64,000 nt of DNA from NCBI GenBank assembly GCA_963761305.1, contig CAVXGK010000001.1:128001-192000 (forward strand). The letters are read 5' to 3'. This document shows, piece after piece, positions 47,334 to 57,525 of this stretch; position 1 is the stretch's first letter, and each line of letters starts with the position of its first letter. The position numbers and the translations under genes are program-made. Source of the stretch: an uncultured Gemmatimonadaceae bacterium (lineage in GTDB: Bacteria > Gemmatimonadota > Gemmatimonadetes > Gemmatimonadales > Gemmatimonadaceae). The notes beneath the pieces were generated by a model, which worked only from the letters and a program-made list of their open reading frames with translations, did no database searches and was not told the origin of the DNA.

Positions 47334-48337
47334 TAGAAGCGAAACTCCTTCCCTTCGTCGGCCGCCTTGTAAATCGCTTCCACGATCTTGTGGAGCACGA
47401 CCTGATCCGTCGGCGGGTCGAACGCCGTCTCACCGGCCACCACCGCAACGAAGTGCGCCAGCTCGGCGCGATACGATTGAATGAACGCGTTCTCGCGGCT
47501 CGCCGCACCGCTCGGCGACACATCCGTCGCGCGGCCGTTGAGCTCTTTCACCACACGCAGCGGGGCGAGCCGCGCGCTGCCGCGCGTGCCGAGTACCTCG
47601 AACCACCAGCGTTCCTCGTCGCCCACGTACGCCGACGAGACATCGAACAGGAAAGCGACGCCCGGCGCGCACTCGAGCTGCGCCAACAGCGCGTCTTCGA
47701 CCGTCGTCGCGCCTCGCGCGCGATCCATGTGCGCGGTGACGCGCACCGGATCCGGGTAATCGGCCAGCCATAGCGCGAGATCGAGCAGCGGCACGCCGTG
47801 CTCGAGGAACGCACCGCCGCCCGCTTCGGCCCGGCGAAACCGCCAGCCATCGGCCGGTCGCTTGCCGCGAAACGCTCCCGCGCGAACGCCGACGATCCGT
47901 CCAAGCTCACCGCCTTGGATGAATCGCGCGAGCGTCTGCACGTCGGTGCGATAGCGATGGTTGTTCGCGACCGCCACGACGCGCTGCGCGCGCGATGCCG
48001 CCACGAGAATTCGTTCGACGCCGCGCGAGTGGAGCGCCAGCGGACGTTCGCACAGCACGTGCTTCCCCGAGGCGAGCGCGCTCAGCGTGTGCGGCTCGTG
48101 CAAGTGGTTGGGCGTCGCGATGACGACCGCGTCGAGCGCGTCTTGCTCGAGCAGATCCTCGATGTCCGTATAGACGTCGGGCACGCCGAAGCGATCGGCC
48201 AGCGCGCGCGCCTTGGGGCGATCGTTGTCGCAGAGCGCGACCAGCTGCGCGCCGCGCATTTTCGCGAGTACGGGCAGGTGCGCGAGCTGGGCGATCGCGC
48301 CCGCGCCGACGACGCCGATTCGAACAGGCTCTTTCAT
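47333..48337 (-). CDS. Gfo/Idh/MocA-family oxidoreductase
   Basis: IGVVGAGAIA, DAVVIATPNHLH, GKHVLCERP, GGGAFLEHGV. Confidence 0.92.
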   Translation of the reverse strand: MKEPVRIGVVGAGAIAQLAHLPVLAKMRGAQLVALCDNDRPKARALADRFGVPDVYTDIEDLLEQDALDAVVIATPNHLHEPHTLSALASGKHVLCERPLALHSRGVERILVAASRAQRVVAVANNHRYRTDVQTLARFIQGGELGRIVGVRAGAFRGKRPADGWRFRRAEAGGGAFLEHGVPLLDLALWLADYPDPVRVTAHMDRARGATTVEDALLAQLECAPGVAFLFDVSSAYVGDEERWWFEVLGTRGSARLAPLRVVKELNGRATDVSPSGAASRENAFIQSYRAELAHFVAVVAGETAFDPPTDQVVLHKIVEAIYKAADEGKEFRF

Positions 48338-48354
48338 CGTGCCTCGTGTGGCCG

Positions 48355-49029
48355 CTACATGCCGCGGATGCGACCAAAGTAATAGGTCGCACCGGCGCGA
48401 GCCTGGACCGACCGCAGCCCTCCCACGAGATCGGCGCGCACGCTGCCTTCGATGCCGACCGATCGCGTGAAGCGCAAGGCAAGTCCGGCGACCCCGTACA
48501 CGCCGAACGAGATGTCGTCGAGCGATCGCTCGATGAAGGTGCCCTTGATCAGCTTGCCCTCGGCGTTGATCACGTGCGCCGCGCCGCCGGCTCCGAGGAA
48601 TGGCTTGAGGATCCCCACGCTTCCCAGCACCGGCGTGTAGCGCGCGTCGCCGCCGAATGTCACGTCGAAGACATTGATGCGTGACGGAACGAGTCGCGCC
48701 GACGTGTCGCTGAGACTCTTGTCGAGCGAGTCGACGAACGTCTGCACTACCTGGTCGCGAAAACGCGATTGCCAGTAGCTGACCGAAAACGAGATGCGCC
48801 ACCGCTGGCCGATCGGACCATAGTCGGCTTGCGTGGAGAACAGCGTCGCGGGCAGCACCGCCTCCGGCAAGATGCGGCCGACCGACGCTCCGAGCGAGAT
48901 GATTTGCAGGCGATCGAGGCTGATCAGCGAGCCGCTGGGCTGGGCGCGCGCCGCTCGCGGAGCCGCGAACAGCGCCACGCCCAACGCGGCGCTCCACCCG
49001 ACGCGCAGCGCGGCGCAGGCGAGGCGAAC
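48355..49029 (-). CDS. Outer-membrane beta-barrel protein (start uncertain)
   Basis: Signal-like segment ending ARAQ, amphipathic strands, KPFLGAG, C-terminal AGATYYF. Confidence 0.65.
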   Translation of the reverse strand, partial: VRLACAALRVGWSAALGVALFAAPRAARAQPSGSLISLDRLQIISLGASVGRILPEAVLPATLFSTQADYGPIGQRWRISFSVSYWQSRFRDQVVQTFVDSLDKSLSDTSARLVPSRINVFDVTFGGDARYTPVLGSVGILKPFLGAGGAAHVINAEGKLIKGTFIERSLDDISFGVYGVAGLALRFTRSVGIEGSVRADLVGGLRSVQARAGATYYFGRIRGM

Positions 49030-49030
49030 G

Positions 49031-50269
49031 CTACGGCGCGGAGCCGATCGTCGTGCCGGGATAATACGCTTCGAGAATCGCGCGGAAGTCCTGGCCCGCA
49101 CGCGCGCGGCCGATTGCGCCCCACTGACACATCCCGACTCCATGCCCATAGCCCATCCCGTGGAGTGTGAGACGCGCGAGCGAGCCGTCGGGCGCCGGCG
49201 CCGTTGCGACGGAAAAATAGGTGCTCTCGAGAATCTCGCTACCGGGCTTGCGCAGCACGAACCGAATGTCGTTGCCGCGCAGCGTGAAGTTGCCGCGATC
49301 GGTGGTGATGGTGAGCGTGCCGACGCGCCCCGACGGCGTGTGCGACGCGACCGTCACCGCGGTTACGACGCCCGGCCGCTTGCCCGGCACGTTGGCATAG
49401 TTGGCGAGATAGGCCGCCACGGCGGCGTTCAGCATCGCGGCGTCGAACGTGTGCGTCCATGCGAACCTCGGCGCCCCGTCACAATAGAAGCGCTCGGTTC
49501 CCGGAATGCGATCGCTCACCGGGCGGAGATACGGCTCGTCGCCCGTGCGCCACACCTCCGACGCCGCCGCCGTGGACCCGCCGCAGGCCGAATGGTACGG
49601 CGCGTTCACGACGCGCCCGGCGTACGTGAGCACGAGCCACCGCGTCGACTCCACAGCTTGCGACCCGACGCCCGTCTCGGCCGCAACGCCGCCGTAGATC
49701 TGATCGAGCACGCCGCCCGTGACGTCGAACGACCGCCCGGGCGCCAGATGGATGTACGCGTAGCTCCGCGCAGTCACCGCCTGCGCCTGGACGGCGGCGG
49801 AATCGGCCGGCGGACGGTCGCCCATCTCGAGCGGCACCACGCCGCGCACGTAGTCCTCGATTGAGAGCGAGTTGATCTCGACGAGTCCGGTGTCGGAACC
49901 GGCGAACGTCAGCTCGCCGCGATAGGGCGACCCATTCAGCGAAAGCAGCGCGGTTCCGATCGCTTGGGCGCGGATCGCGCGCTCCGACCACACGGTGGGG
50001 ACACCGTCCGGCCGAACGGCGCGCACCCGTGTGCCGTCGTGTTCGATGCGCCAGCCGGCACCCGGCGCGCTGCGCGCCATCAGGCTTCCGCCGTCGGTGA
50101 GCAGGTTGAATCCGGACGGCGACGACAGCCTCGCCGTCGGCGTGTTTCCCGATAGGAGAACGCGAATGAGCGTCTCCGACCGTTGATGGACCGGTGGCGG
50201 CGCATCGCGGCCGGCGCCCCCGAACGACAGCGCGACGACGGCGGCCGCGATCGCCGGCCGAACGTTCAT
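49031..50269 (-). CDS. SpoIID/LytB-domain lytic transglycosylase-like protein
   Basis: [57 protein letters not shown]. Confidence 0.93.
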   Translation of the reverse strand: MNVRPAIAAAVVALSFGGAGRDAPPPVHQRSETLIRVLLSGNTPTARLSSPSGFNLLTDGGSLMARSAPGAGWRIEHDGTRVRAVRPDGVPTVWSERAIRAQAIGTALLSLNGSPYRGELTFAGSDTGLVEINSLSIEDYVRGVVPLEMGDRPPADSAAVQAQAVTARSYAYIHLAPGRSFDVTGGVLDQIYGGVAAETGVGSQAVESTRWLVLTYAGRVVNAPYHSACGGSTAAASEVWRTGDEPYLRPVSDRIPGTERFYCDGAPRFAWTHTFDAAMLNAAVAAYLANYANVPGKRPGVVTAVTVASHTPSGRVGTLTITTDRGNFTLRGNDIRFVLRKPGSEILESTYFSVATAPAPDGSLARLTLHGMGYGHGVGMCQWGAIGRARAGQDFRAILEAYYPGTTIGSAP

Positions 50270-51540
50270 GCCACGGCGGCCATGGCGCCGTCGAGGCGGT
50301 CGAGCGTGTCATCCACGACGGCGTCGGTGTGCGCGGACGACATGAACGCCGCTTCGAACGCCGACGGCGCGAGATAGACGCCGCGCTCCAGCGCCTCGTG
50401 AAAAAAGCGCCGGAATCGTTCGACGTCCGACGTCTTGGCGTCGGCGAACGAACGCACAGGCTCCTCGCGAAAGAAGAACCCCCACATCGACCCCGCGTTG
50501 TCCGCGGTGAACGGAACGCCGTGGCGCGCCGCGCTGGCGCGCAAACCGAGCACCAAGCGCTCGGTGCAGCGCGCGATCTCGTCGTGTACGTCTTCGGTGA
50601 GAAGTCCGAGCGTCGCGATGCCGGCCGCCATCGCGACCGGATTGCCCGACAACGTCCCGGCCTGATAGACAGGACCGTCCGGCGCGATCTGCCGCATGAG
50701 ATCCCGACGGCCGCCGTACGCGGCCACTGGAAATCCGCCGCCGATCACCTTGCCGAGCGTGGTGAGATCGGCGGTGATCCCGAATCGTTCGCGCGCGCCG
50801 CCCGGCGCGATTCGAAAACCCGTCATCACTTCGTCGAAGACGAGCAACGCGCCGTGCGCGTCAGCGAGCGCGCGCAGTCCAGGCAGAAACGCCGGATCGG
50901 GCGGAATGAACCCGGCGTTTCCCACCACCGGCTCGACGACGATCGCCGCCACCGAGTGATGCGCGAGGAGCGCCTCGACCGCCGGGAGGTCGTTGAACGG
51001 CGCGACGATCGTGAGCGACGCCAACGCCTCGGGCACTCCGGGCGAATTGGGAAGGCCAAGCGTCGCCACGCCCGAGCCGGCGCGCACGAGAAACGAGTCG
51101 GCGTGCCCGTGATAGCAGCCGTCGAACTTGAGAATCACGTCGCGCCCCGTCGCCGCGCGAGCGAGCCGAATGGCGCTCATCGTCGCCTCGGTCCCGCTCG
51201 ACACGAAGCGCAGCATCTCGACGTTCGGCATTCGGTGCGTCACCAACTCGGCCAGCTCGACCTCCACTTCCGTCGGGATGCCGAAGCTCGTGCCGCGTTT
51301 CATCACTCGGCTCACCGCATCGAGCACCAACGGCGGCGCGTGGCCGAGCACCAGCGGGCCCCAGGACAACACGTAGTCGATGTACTCCTTGCCGTCGACG
51401 TCCCAGATGCGCGCCCCTTCGCCGCGCTCGACGACGAACGGTTCGCCGCCCACGCCGCGGAACGCGCGGACCGGCGAACTGACACCGCCGGGAAACAGTT
51501 CGCGCGCCCGCTTCAGGATGCCGCGCGAGCCGCCGCTCAC
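50266..51540 (-). CDS. hemL: Glutamate-1-semialdehyde 2,1-aminomutase
   Basis: [62 protein letters not shown]. Confidence 0.97.
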   Translation of the reverse strand: MSGGSRGILKRARELFPGGVSSPVRAFRGVGGEPFVVERGEGARIWDVDGKEYIDYVLSWGPLVLGHAPPLVLDAVSRVMKRGTSFGIPTEVEVELAELVTHRMPNVEMLRFVSSGTEATMSAIRLARAATGRDVILKFDGCYHGHADSFLVRAGSGVATLGLPNSPGVPEALASLTIVAPFNDLPAVEALLAHHSVAAIVVEPVVGNAGFIPPDPAFLPGLRALADAHGALLVFDEVMTGFRIAPGGARERFGITADLTTLGKVIGGGFPVAAYGGRRDLMRQIAPDGPVYQAGTLSGNPVAMAAGIATLGLLTEDVHDEIARCTERLVLGLRASAARHGVPFTADNAGSMWGFFFREEPVRSFADAKTSDVERFRRFFHEALERGVYLAPSAFEAAFMSSAHTDAVVDDTLDRLDGAMAAVA

Positions 51541-52931
51541 CGCCCGTAGCTTCCGATCGAGCCGAGCGTAGGGAGCGCCCGCACGCGTCGCGCGCGAGCC
51601 GGCGGCGCCGACACGACGCTCACGAGCGACGCCGCGAAATCGACGTCGTCGACCACTTCGTTCAGCTCGACGTCGACGAACGAGCCCGGCGCGACCTTCT
51701 TGGCACCCGAGAGTCGCGTGACGCCGTCAATGTCGTCGGCCTGCCACACGACGCGCGCCTGCACCTCGTCGTCCTCCACGCGGTCCACGATCGCGCGCAC
51801 GGTGCCCCCGGCGCCGATTCGCTGCTCGTACCGATCGGCGGTGATCAGACGCTGCATTTCGTTCAGCCGCTCGAGGCGTTCGCGTTTCACCGACTCCGGG
51901 ACGTCGTCGTCCATCGCCGCGGCGCGCGTTCCCTCTTGGGCCGAATACGTGAATGCGCCGACGCGGTCGAACTGCATTTCCTCGAGGAACTCGAGCAGCG
52001 TCTCGTAGTCTTCTTCCGTTTCTCCCGGAAAGCCGACGATGCACGTCGTGCGGATCGCGATGTCCGGCACGGTGGCGCGAATCGCCGCGACGCGCGCGCG
52101 CACCGTGCGCTGCCGCTCGGGTCGTCGCATGCGCGCCAGCACCGCGTCCGACCCGTGTTGGATCGGCATGTCGAGGTACGGCACGATGCGCGATTCAGTC
52201 GCCATCAGCTCCAGCACCGCCGGCGTGAGACCGGCCGAGTACACGTAGAGCATGCGGATCCACGGAATCGACGTCTCGCGCACCAACGCCGTGAGCACGT
52301 CGGCCAGGCCGAGCTTCTTGTCGCGCAGGTCGCGGCCATAATGCGCGAGATCCTGGGCGACGAGGTTGATCTCGCGCGCGCCCTGCGCCTCGAGCAGCTG
52401 CGCCTCGCGCACGATGTCGTCGAGTGCGAACGAGCGATGCTTGCCACGCATCAACGGAATCGCGCAGAACGCGCACCCGTGGTCGCACCCTTCGCTGATC
52501 TTGAGATAGCGAACGTGCGGGAGCCCGGTCACGAACTGGCGGACGCCCGGGTGTGGAACGGGCACGTCGTCCGGAGCAAGGAGGCCGCGCTCCTCGAGCT
52601 CGGGGATCAACCGGTCCATCTCCGCCGCGCCGAGAAAGAGATCGACTTCGGGGAGCGCGGCGAGCAGTTCGTCCTTGTGGCGTTGCACCATGCAGCCGAC
52701 GCCGACGACCGCCTTACACGATCCGTGTTCCTTGAGTCGCCCCGCTTCGACCATCGCGTCGATGGACTCTTTTTTCGCCGCGTCGATGAAGCCGCAGGTG
52801 TTCACCAGCACGACGTCGGCCTCGTCGAGATCGCGCGTGTAGGTCGCGCCGTGGTCGGCGAGCTGCGCGGCGTAGCGCTCGCTGTCGACGGTGTTCTTGT
52901 CGCACCCGAGCGTGATGATGCCAACCTTCAC
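51537..52931 (-). CDS. rimO: Ribosomal protein S12 methylthiotransferase
   Basis: [36 protein letters not shown] (radical SAM), C-terminal TRAM-like domain. Confidence 0.95.
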   Translation of the reverse strand: MKVGIITLGCDKNTVDSERYAAQLADHGATYTRDLDEADVVLVNTCGFIDAAKKESIDAMVEAGRLKEHGSCKAVVGVGCMVQRHKDELLAALPEVDLFLGAAEMDRLIPELEERGLLAPDDVPVPHPGVRQFVTGLPHVRYLKISEGCDHGCAFCAIPLMRGKHRSFALDDIVREAQLLEAQGAREINLVAQDLAHYGRDLRDKKLGLADVLTALVRETSIPWIRMLYVYSAGLTPAVLELMATESRIVPYLDMPIQHGSDAVLARMRRPERQRTVRARVAAIRATVPDIAIRTTCIVGFPGETEEDYETLLEFLEEMQFDRVGAFTYSAQEGTRAAAMDDDVPESVKRERLERLNEMQRLITADRYEQRIGAGGTVRAIVDRVEDDEVQARVVWQADDIDGVTRLSGAKKVAPGSFVDVELNEVVDDVDFAASLVSVVSAPPARARRVRALPTLGSIGSYGR

Positions 52932-53038
52932 GGGGCGCGGCGACGGGTAAACGGAGCGGTTTGGACGGGGCGGGCGGCAACGGGCATGGGCGTAAAGTTA
53001 GCCGTGGTGGGGGGATCGCGGCCGAGCTTGCGCGATTC

Positions 53039-53057
53039 TACTTTGCGTTGTAAAGTA
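53039..53057. promoter_or_regulatory. Palindromic operator-like site overlapping a -10 box
   Basis: TACTTT-GCGTTGT-AAAGTA; the right arm overlaps TAAAGT, which lies 7 nt before ATG 53064. Confidence 0.55.
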
Positions 53058-53063
53058 CTCCGC

Positions 53064-54716
53064 ATGAACAGTGCACTTTATGGCGAACCAAGCGAACCAT
53101 CGGATCGGGCCGTTCGCCGCCCCTCCATGACCGCGCCCGGCAGCCCGCGCGCGCTCACACCGGGTGTCGCCCGTCGCGTGCTGACCACCGCCGTCCTGCT
53201 CGGCTTCGCCGGCGACGCACTGCTCGGCGACCCGCCGGTCGGATTTGCCTTCGGCTGCTGGGTCGCGTTCGTCGCCATCAATACAGTCGCCCTCGCGTCG
53301 CAGGCCGACCGCCGCCCCAGCCTCGAATCCAGAATCTGGCTTGCCGCGGCGGTCGTGTTCGCCTTCGGCCTCGCCCTCCGCGACGCCGGAATGATTCAGG
53401 CGCTCGACGTGCTCGCGGCCCTCGGCGCGCTCGTGCTCGCCGCCGTGTGCATTCGCGATCCTCGCCTGGGCGTGCGCGCGACGCGGATCCGCGAGACGAT
53501 CCAAGCCGCGCTCAGAGTCGGCGTGGGGATGGCCGTGGGTGCCCTGCCGCTCGCTTTCCGCGAGGTCAAAACCGATTCGCTCGGCAAATCCGCTGCGCCT
53601 CGGATCGTCGCATGGGCGAAGACCGTGGCGCTCGTTCTCGTCACCGTGGTGCTCTTCGGCGCCCTCCTTCGGAGCGCCGATCCGGTGTTCGCGAGCATCG
53701 CACGGCTGCCGTCGCTCGACCTCTCCGATGCGTTCCGCCACGTGTTCATCGCCGGGCTCTTCGCCTGGCCGCTCGCCGGTGCCGCACGAGCCGCGCTGCG
53801 CGAGCATCCCGCGACCGACGACGACTTCCTCCCCGTTCCTTCAGTCGGCGCGATCGACGGCAAGGCCGTGTTGATCGTCCTCAACCTGCTCTTCGCCGCG
53901 TTCGTCGCCACCCAGTTCGTCGCCCTCGTCGGCGGCGAGTCGTTCGTGCGACGCACGGCCGGCCTCACATTGGCCGACTACGCGCGGCACGGGTTCTTCC
54001 AGATTCTCTTCGTCGCGGCGCTGGTCGTGCCGGTGCTGATCTTGACGCGCAACGCCGTCGCGGCGGGATCATCCTCCGCGCGATGGCACACGCGGCTGTC
54101 CGTGCCGATCATCGCGCTGATCGTGGGAATGATCGTCGCCGCGGTGTGGCGATTCGCGATCTACGTGCGCTTCTTCGGCTGGACGACCGAGCGCCTGTAC
54201 CCGCTGGTGTTCATGGGATGGTTGGCGGTCGTTCTCGTCTGGCTCGCGCTCACGGTACTCCGCGGATGGCCGCGTCCGTTCTTCATCGGCGCCGCCGCGA
54301 CGGGGCTCGCAACGCTCGCCGCGGTCAACGTCGCCAACATCGACGGCCGGATCGCGCGGGCGAACGTCGCGCGGGCGAACGTCGCGTTCGCCGACACCGA
54401 TCGCGGAGCGACGGAGCTCGACGTCGTCTACCTCGCCGGCATGAGCGCGGCGGCCGTACCGACGGCCGTCGAGGCGATCCTCGATCCGCGCCACTCGACG
54501 TTGCCGGCCAATCAGCGCTGTCTGGCGGCGACGCGTCTCCTCGACCGCTGGGGATCCACCTCGTCAGAGCGGAAGCGACGCAACACCTCGGGCGCGTGGC
54601 GCTTCTGGAATGCCGACGTCTCGCCGGCGCTACTCACCGTGGCCGCCAACGAGGCGCAACTGGCGGCGATCCGTACGGCGACCTGCCCGCCGCCGAAGAC
54701 GACGCCTCAGCGATAG
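53064..54716 (+). CDS. DUF4153 (DUF4173) multi-pass membrane protein
   Basis: LFGALLRSADPVF, LTLADYARHGFFQ, YVRFFGWTTERL, NIDGRIARANV, DVVYL..MSA.AVP. Confidence 0.85.
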   Translation: MNSALYGEPSEPSDRAVRRPSMTAPGSPRALTPGVARRVLTTAVLLGFAGDALLGDPPVGFAFGCWVAFVAINTVALASQADRRPSLESRIWLAAAVVFAFGLALRDAGMIQALDVLAALGALVLAAVCIRDPRLGVRATRIRETIQAALRVGVGMAVGALPLAFREVKTDSLGKSAAPRIVAWAKTVALVLVTVVLFGALLRSADPVFASIARLPSLDLSDAFRHVFIAGLFAWPLAGAARAALREHPATDDDFLPVPSVGAIDGKAVLIVLNLLFAAFVATQFVALVGGESFVRRTAGLTLADYARHGFFQILFVAALVVPVLILTRNAVAAGSSSARWHTRLSVPIIALIVGMIVAAVWRFAIYVRFFGWTTERLYPLVFMGWLAVVLVWLALTVLRGWPRPFFIGAAATGLATLAAVNVANIDGRIARANVARANVAFADTDRGATELDVVYLAGMSAAAVPTAVEAILDPRHSTLPANQRCLAATRLLDRWGSTSSERKRRNTSGAWRFWNADVSPALLTVAANEAQLAAIRTATCPPPKTTPQR

Positions 54717-55207
54717 TTGCCGAACTTGAGCTCGACGCCGAAGTCCTTGGAGCGGAGCAACGCCATGGCGGTTTGCAGCTCGTCCTTCGACGGCGACGTG
54801 ACGCGCACCTGATCGCCCTGGATCGAGGCCTGGACCTTCTTGAGCTTCGCGTCCTTGATCGCGCCGGCGACTTTCTTCGCCGTTTCACCGTCGAGCGCGG
54901 TCTTGAGCTTGATCTCGCGACGCACCGTGTCGCCGCCAGCCGGCTTCACTTCGCCGACATCGAGATTCTTCACCGGCACGCCGCGCTTGACGAGCTTGGT
55001 CTGCACGATGTCGAACAGCGCGCGCATCTGAAAGTCGCTGTCGGCCACCAGCTCGAGCATCGCCTCGGCGCGCTTGAACTCGATCGCCGCCTTGGAGCCT
55101 TTGAAGTCGTAGCGCTGCGCGACTTCCTTTTGGGCCTGGTTGACGGCGTTGTCGACTTCCTGGAGATCGACGCCGGTTGTGACGTCGAACGATGATGATT
55201 GGGGCAT
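54707..55207 (-). CDS. yajQ: YajQ-family cyclic-di-GMP/nucleotide-binding protein
   Basis: SFDV, EVDNAVNQA.KE..RYDFKGS, VQASIQGDQVRV, FGNYR. Confidence 0.95.
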   Translation of the reverse strand: MPQSSSFDVTTGVDLQEVDNAVNQAQKEVAQRYDFKGSKAAIEFKRAEAMLELVADSDFQMRALFDIVQTKLVKRGVPVKNLDVGEVKPAGGDTVRREIKLKTALDGETAKKVAGAIKDAKLKKVQASIQGDQVRVTSPSKDELQTAMALLRSKDFGVELKFGNYR

Positions 55208-55219
55208 ATCGTTCGAAGC

Positions 55220-56677
55220 CTACGGCGCGCCGTCCGCCGAGACCAGTCGCCCGCCGAAAATGATCTGCCTGGCGCCGCGCACGGCGAATGGAACCGGACC
55301 GGCGAAGGGCGTGCGCGCCGCAACGACGCCCCCCCCCGTCTCGCGCAGCTGCTCACCGAGCAGTGCGTCGCCGAGGGTCGTGGTGGGCTGGTTGGCGAGG
55401 ATCGTTCGGCGCGTCAGGTAGCCGAGGCTGAACGCGGCGGCGTCCGATTTCGTCACCGACTGTGCGGAGCCGCAGCCGTAGCCACCCATGATGGTCGTCC
55501 ACGCGCACGTGTGGTGAAAGCCCAACGCGTGCAGCAGCTCGTGCTTCATCAGGCTGCGACTCGCCAGCGCGGAGTTCACCGTCACCCGCGTCTTCGCGGC
55601 GAGCATGTTGAGGTTGCTGTCCCAGATCCAGTTGGTGTATCCGGCGAACCCCGAGAGTGTGCTGTCGACCCACACAAGCACCGCCTTCGACGAAAAACCG
55701 TTCACGTCCGGAGTCGCCAGCGACGACAGGGTGGCGGGCACGAACAGCTGTCGCCCCACTTCGGTCTGCATCTCACCGATGATGGTCCACAGGGCCGTCG
55801 AGTCGGCGGCGCTGATCGGCGACGTCGTCGCACCCGTGTTGAACGCCAGCCGCACCGGCAGATCGGCGTCGTTCCAGAGAATCACCGACGATTTCCAGAT
55901 CTGCGGGAAGAAGCTGTTGCAGTTGGCGTTGGTGTCGTCGGTACACACGCGCTGAAAGGCCTGCACGAGGCTCACGTCCACCGACGACGACGGATACGCC
56001 GGCGTCGAGAAGACGGACGTCTTCGGCACGAGCATCGGCCGCAGCGCGCCGGCGACGACGCGCGTCGACGGCGCCACGCCAAGGATCGGATGGAAGTGAC
56101 GCGTACCGCTGGCCACGTCCACCACCACTTTCATCGAATCGGTGGAACCGAACGTGAGCGGTGCGCCGAGCGAAAACGCGCCGTTGCCGTCGAGCGGCGA
56201 CACGAAGTCTTGAGCGTTCGCCCCCGCGCCGCTCTCCACGCCGGCGACGAGACCAGCGACCGAACCGCCGTCGACGGGGACCACGCGGCCCGTGATCGTC
56301 GTCGGCGCGGCGACCGTCGCTTGGGTCGCCCCGGACGCGTCGCCGGCGGTCGCCTTGATCGTCGTCACGCCGGCGCGCACGCCGGTCACGACGCCGTTCG
56401 CATTCACCGTGGCGATCGTCGCGTCGGACGATTGAAACGCCGGCGCGGGTCCGCTCGCCTGAGCGCCCGCCGAGTCCACTACATGGGCGGCGATCTGCGC
56501 CGAGCCCCCGACCGCGACGAGCATCGGCGAGGGCGTGACGACGACGTGATTCGCGCCGGTGTTTCCTTGCGTGGAGCGTGTGTCCGTCGTCGAGCCGCCG
56601 CAGGCGGCGAGTCCCGCGACCAGCGCCGCGCAGGCAGCGCGGCGCGCTTCTCTACCCGAGGTAGGACTCCAACGCAC
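55220..56677 (-). CDS. Lipoprotein with Big_2 Ig-like domain and metzincin zinc-peptidase motif
   Basis: Lipobox LAAC; SSDATIATVNANGVVTGV.AG.TTI.A; HELLHALGFHH followed by the Met-turn TIMGG. Confidence 0.8.
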   Translation of the reverse strand: MRWSPTSGREARRAACAALVAGLAACGGSTTDTRSTQGNTGANHVVVTPSPMLVAVGGSAQIAAHVVDSAGAQASGPAPAFQSSDATIATVNANGVVTGVRAGVTTIKATAGDASGATQATVAAPTTITGRVVPVDGGSVAGLVAGVESGAGANAQDFVSPLDGNGAFSLGAPLTFGSTDSMKVVVDVASGTRHFHPILGVAPSTRVVAGALRPMLVPKTSVFSTPAYPSSSVDVSLVQAFQRVCTDDTNANCNSFFPQIWKSSVILWNDADLPVRLAFNTGATTSPISAADSTALWTIIGEMQTEVGRQLFVPATLSSLATPDVNGFSSKAVLVWVDSTLSGFAGYTNWIWDSNLNMLAAKTRVTVNSALASRSLMKHELLHALGFHHTCAWTTIMGGYGCGSAQSVTKSDAAAFSLGYLTRRTILANQPTTTLGDALLGEQLRETGGGVVAARTPFAGPVPFAVRGARQIIFGGRLVSADGAP

Positions 56678-57509
56678 GCGCGCGGCTCACGTGTCGCAGA
56701 CGCGACAGCGCTTTCTCCTTGATCTGCCGCACGCGCTCGCGCGTGATGCCGAGGAGCGCGCCGATCTCTTCGAGCGTCATCGGCTCGCTGCCATCGAGAC
56801 CGAAGTAGAGACGCAGGATCTTCGACTCGCGCTCCTTCAGATGCGACAGCGCTTCCTCGATCGACTCGGTGAGCGCCTTTTCGAACGTCTGTTCGTCGGG
56901 CGTCGGGTTGAGCGTGTCGGGGAGATAGTCGAGCAGCTTGTTGTCTTCACCGGGCGTGAGCGGCGCATCGAGCGAGAGGTGCGTCTGCGAGATCGCCATC
57001 GTCTTGGCGACCTCTTCCTCGGTGATGTCCATGCCGTGCGCGATCTCTTCGTGCGTCGGATCGCGGCCCAGCTCCTGAAGCAGCGCGTTGGCGCGCTTGC
57101 CGATGCGGTGCAGCGTGCCGGCGCGGTTCAACGGCACGCGCACGATGCGCGACTGTTCGGCCAGCGCCTGGAGGATCGCCTGCCGGATCCACCATACCGC
57201 ATACGAGATGAACTTGATGCCCTTCGTCTCGTCGAATTTGTGCGCCGCCCGAATCAGCCCGAGGTTGCCCTCGTTGATCAGATCGGACAGCGACACGCCC
57301 TGATTCTGATATTTCTTGGCGACCGACACGACGAAACGCAGGTTGGATCGAACGAGCTTGTCGAGCGACTCCTGGCTGCCGTCGCGAATGCTCTGCGCAA
57401 GCCGCACTTCCTCATCGCGATTGATCAGCGGATAGACGCTGATGTCGCGAAGATATTGGTCGAGCGAGCCTTCCTCGTACGACGATTTCTTGTGGCCGGT
57501 AGCAGGCAT
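56652..57509 (-). CDS. RNA polymerase sigma factor, RpoD/SigA family, lacking region 1.1
   Basis: SLDQYLRDI, NLRFVVSVAKKY, DLINEGNLGL, KFISYAVWWIRQAI, TLEEIG...ITRERVRQI; 285 aa. Confidence 0.93.
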   Translation of the reverse strand: MPATGHKKSSYEEGSLDQYLRDISVYPLINRDEEVRLAQSIRDGSQESLDKLVRSNLRFVVSVAKKYQNQGVSLSDLINEGNLGLIRAAHKFDETKGIKFISYAVWWIRQAILQALAEQSRIVRVPLNRAGTLHRIGKRANALLQELGRDPTHEEIAHGMDITEEEVAKTMAISQTHLSLDAPLTPGEDNKLLDYLPDTLNPTPDEQTFEKALTESIEEALSHLKERESKILRLYFGLDGSEPMTLEEIGALLGITRERVRQIKEKALSRLRHVSRARALESYLG

Positions 57510-57525
57510 GCGTTGTCGAGGCAAT

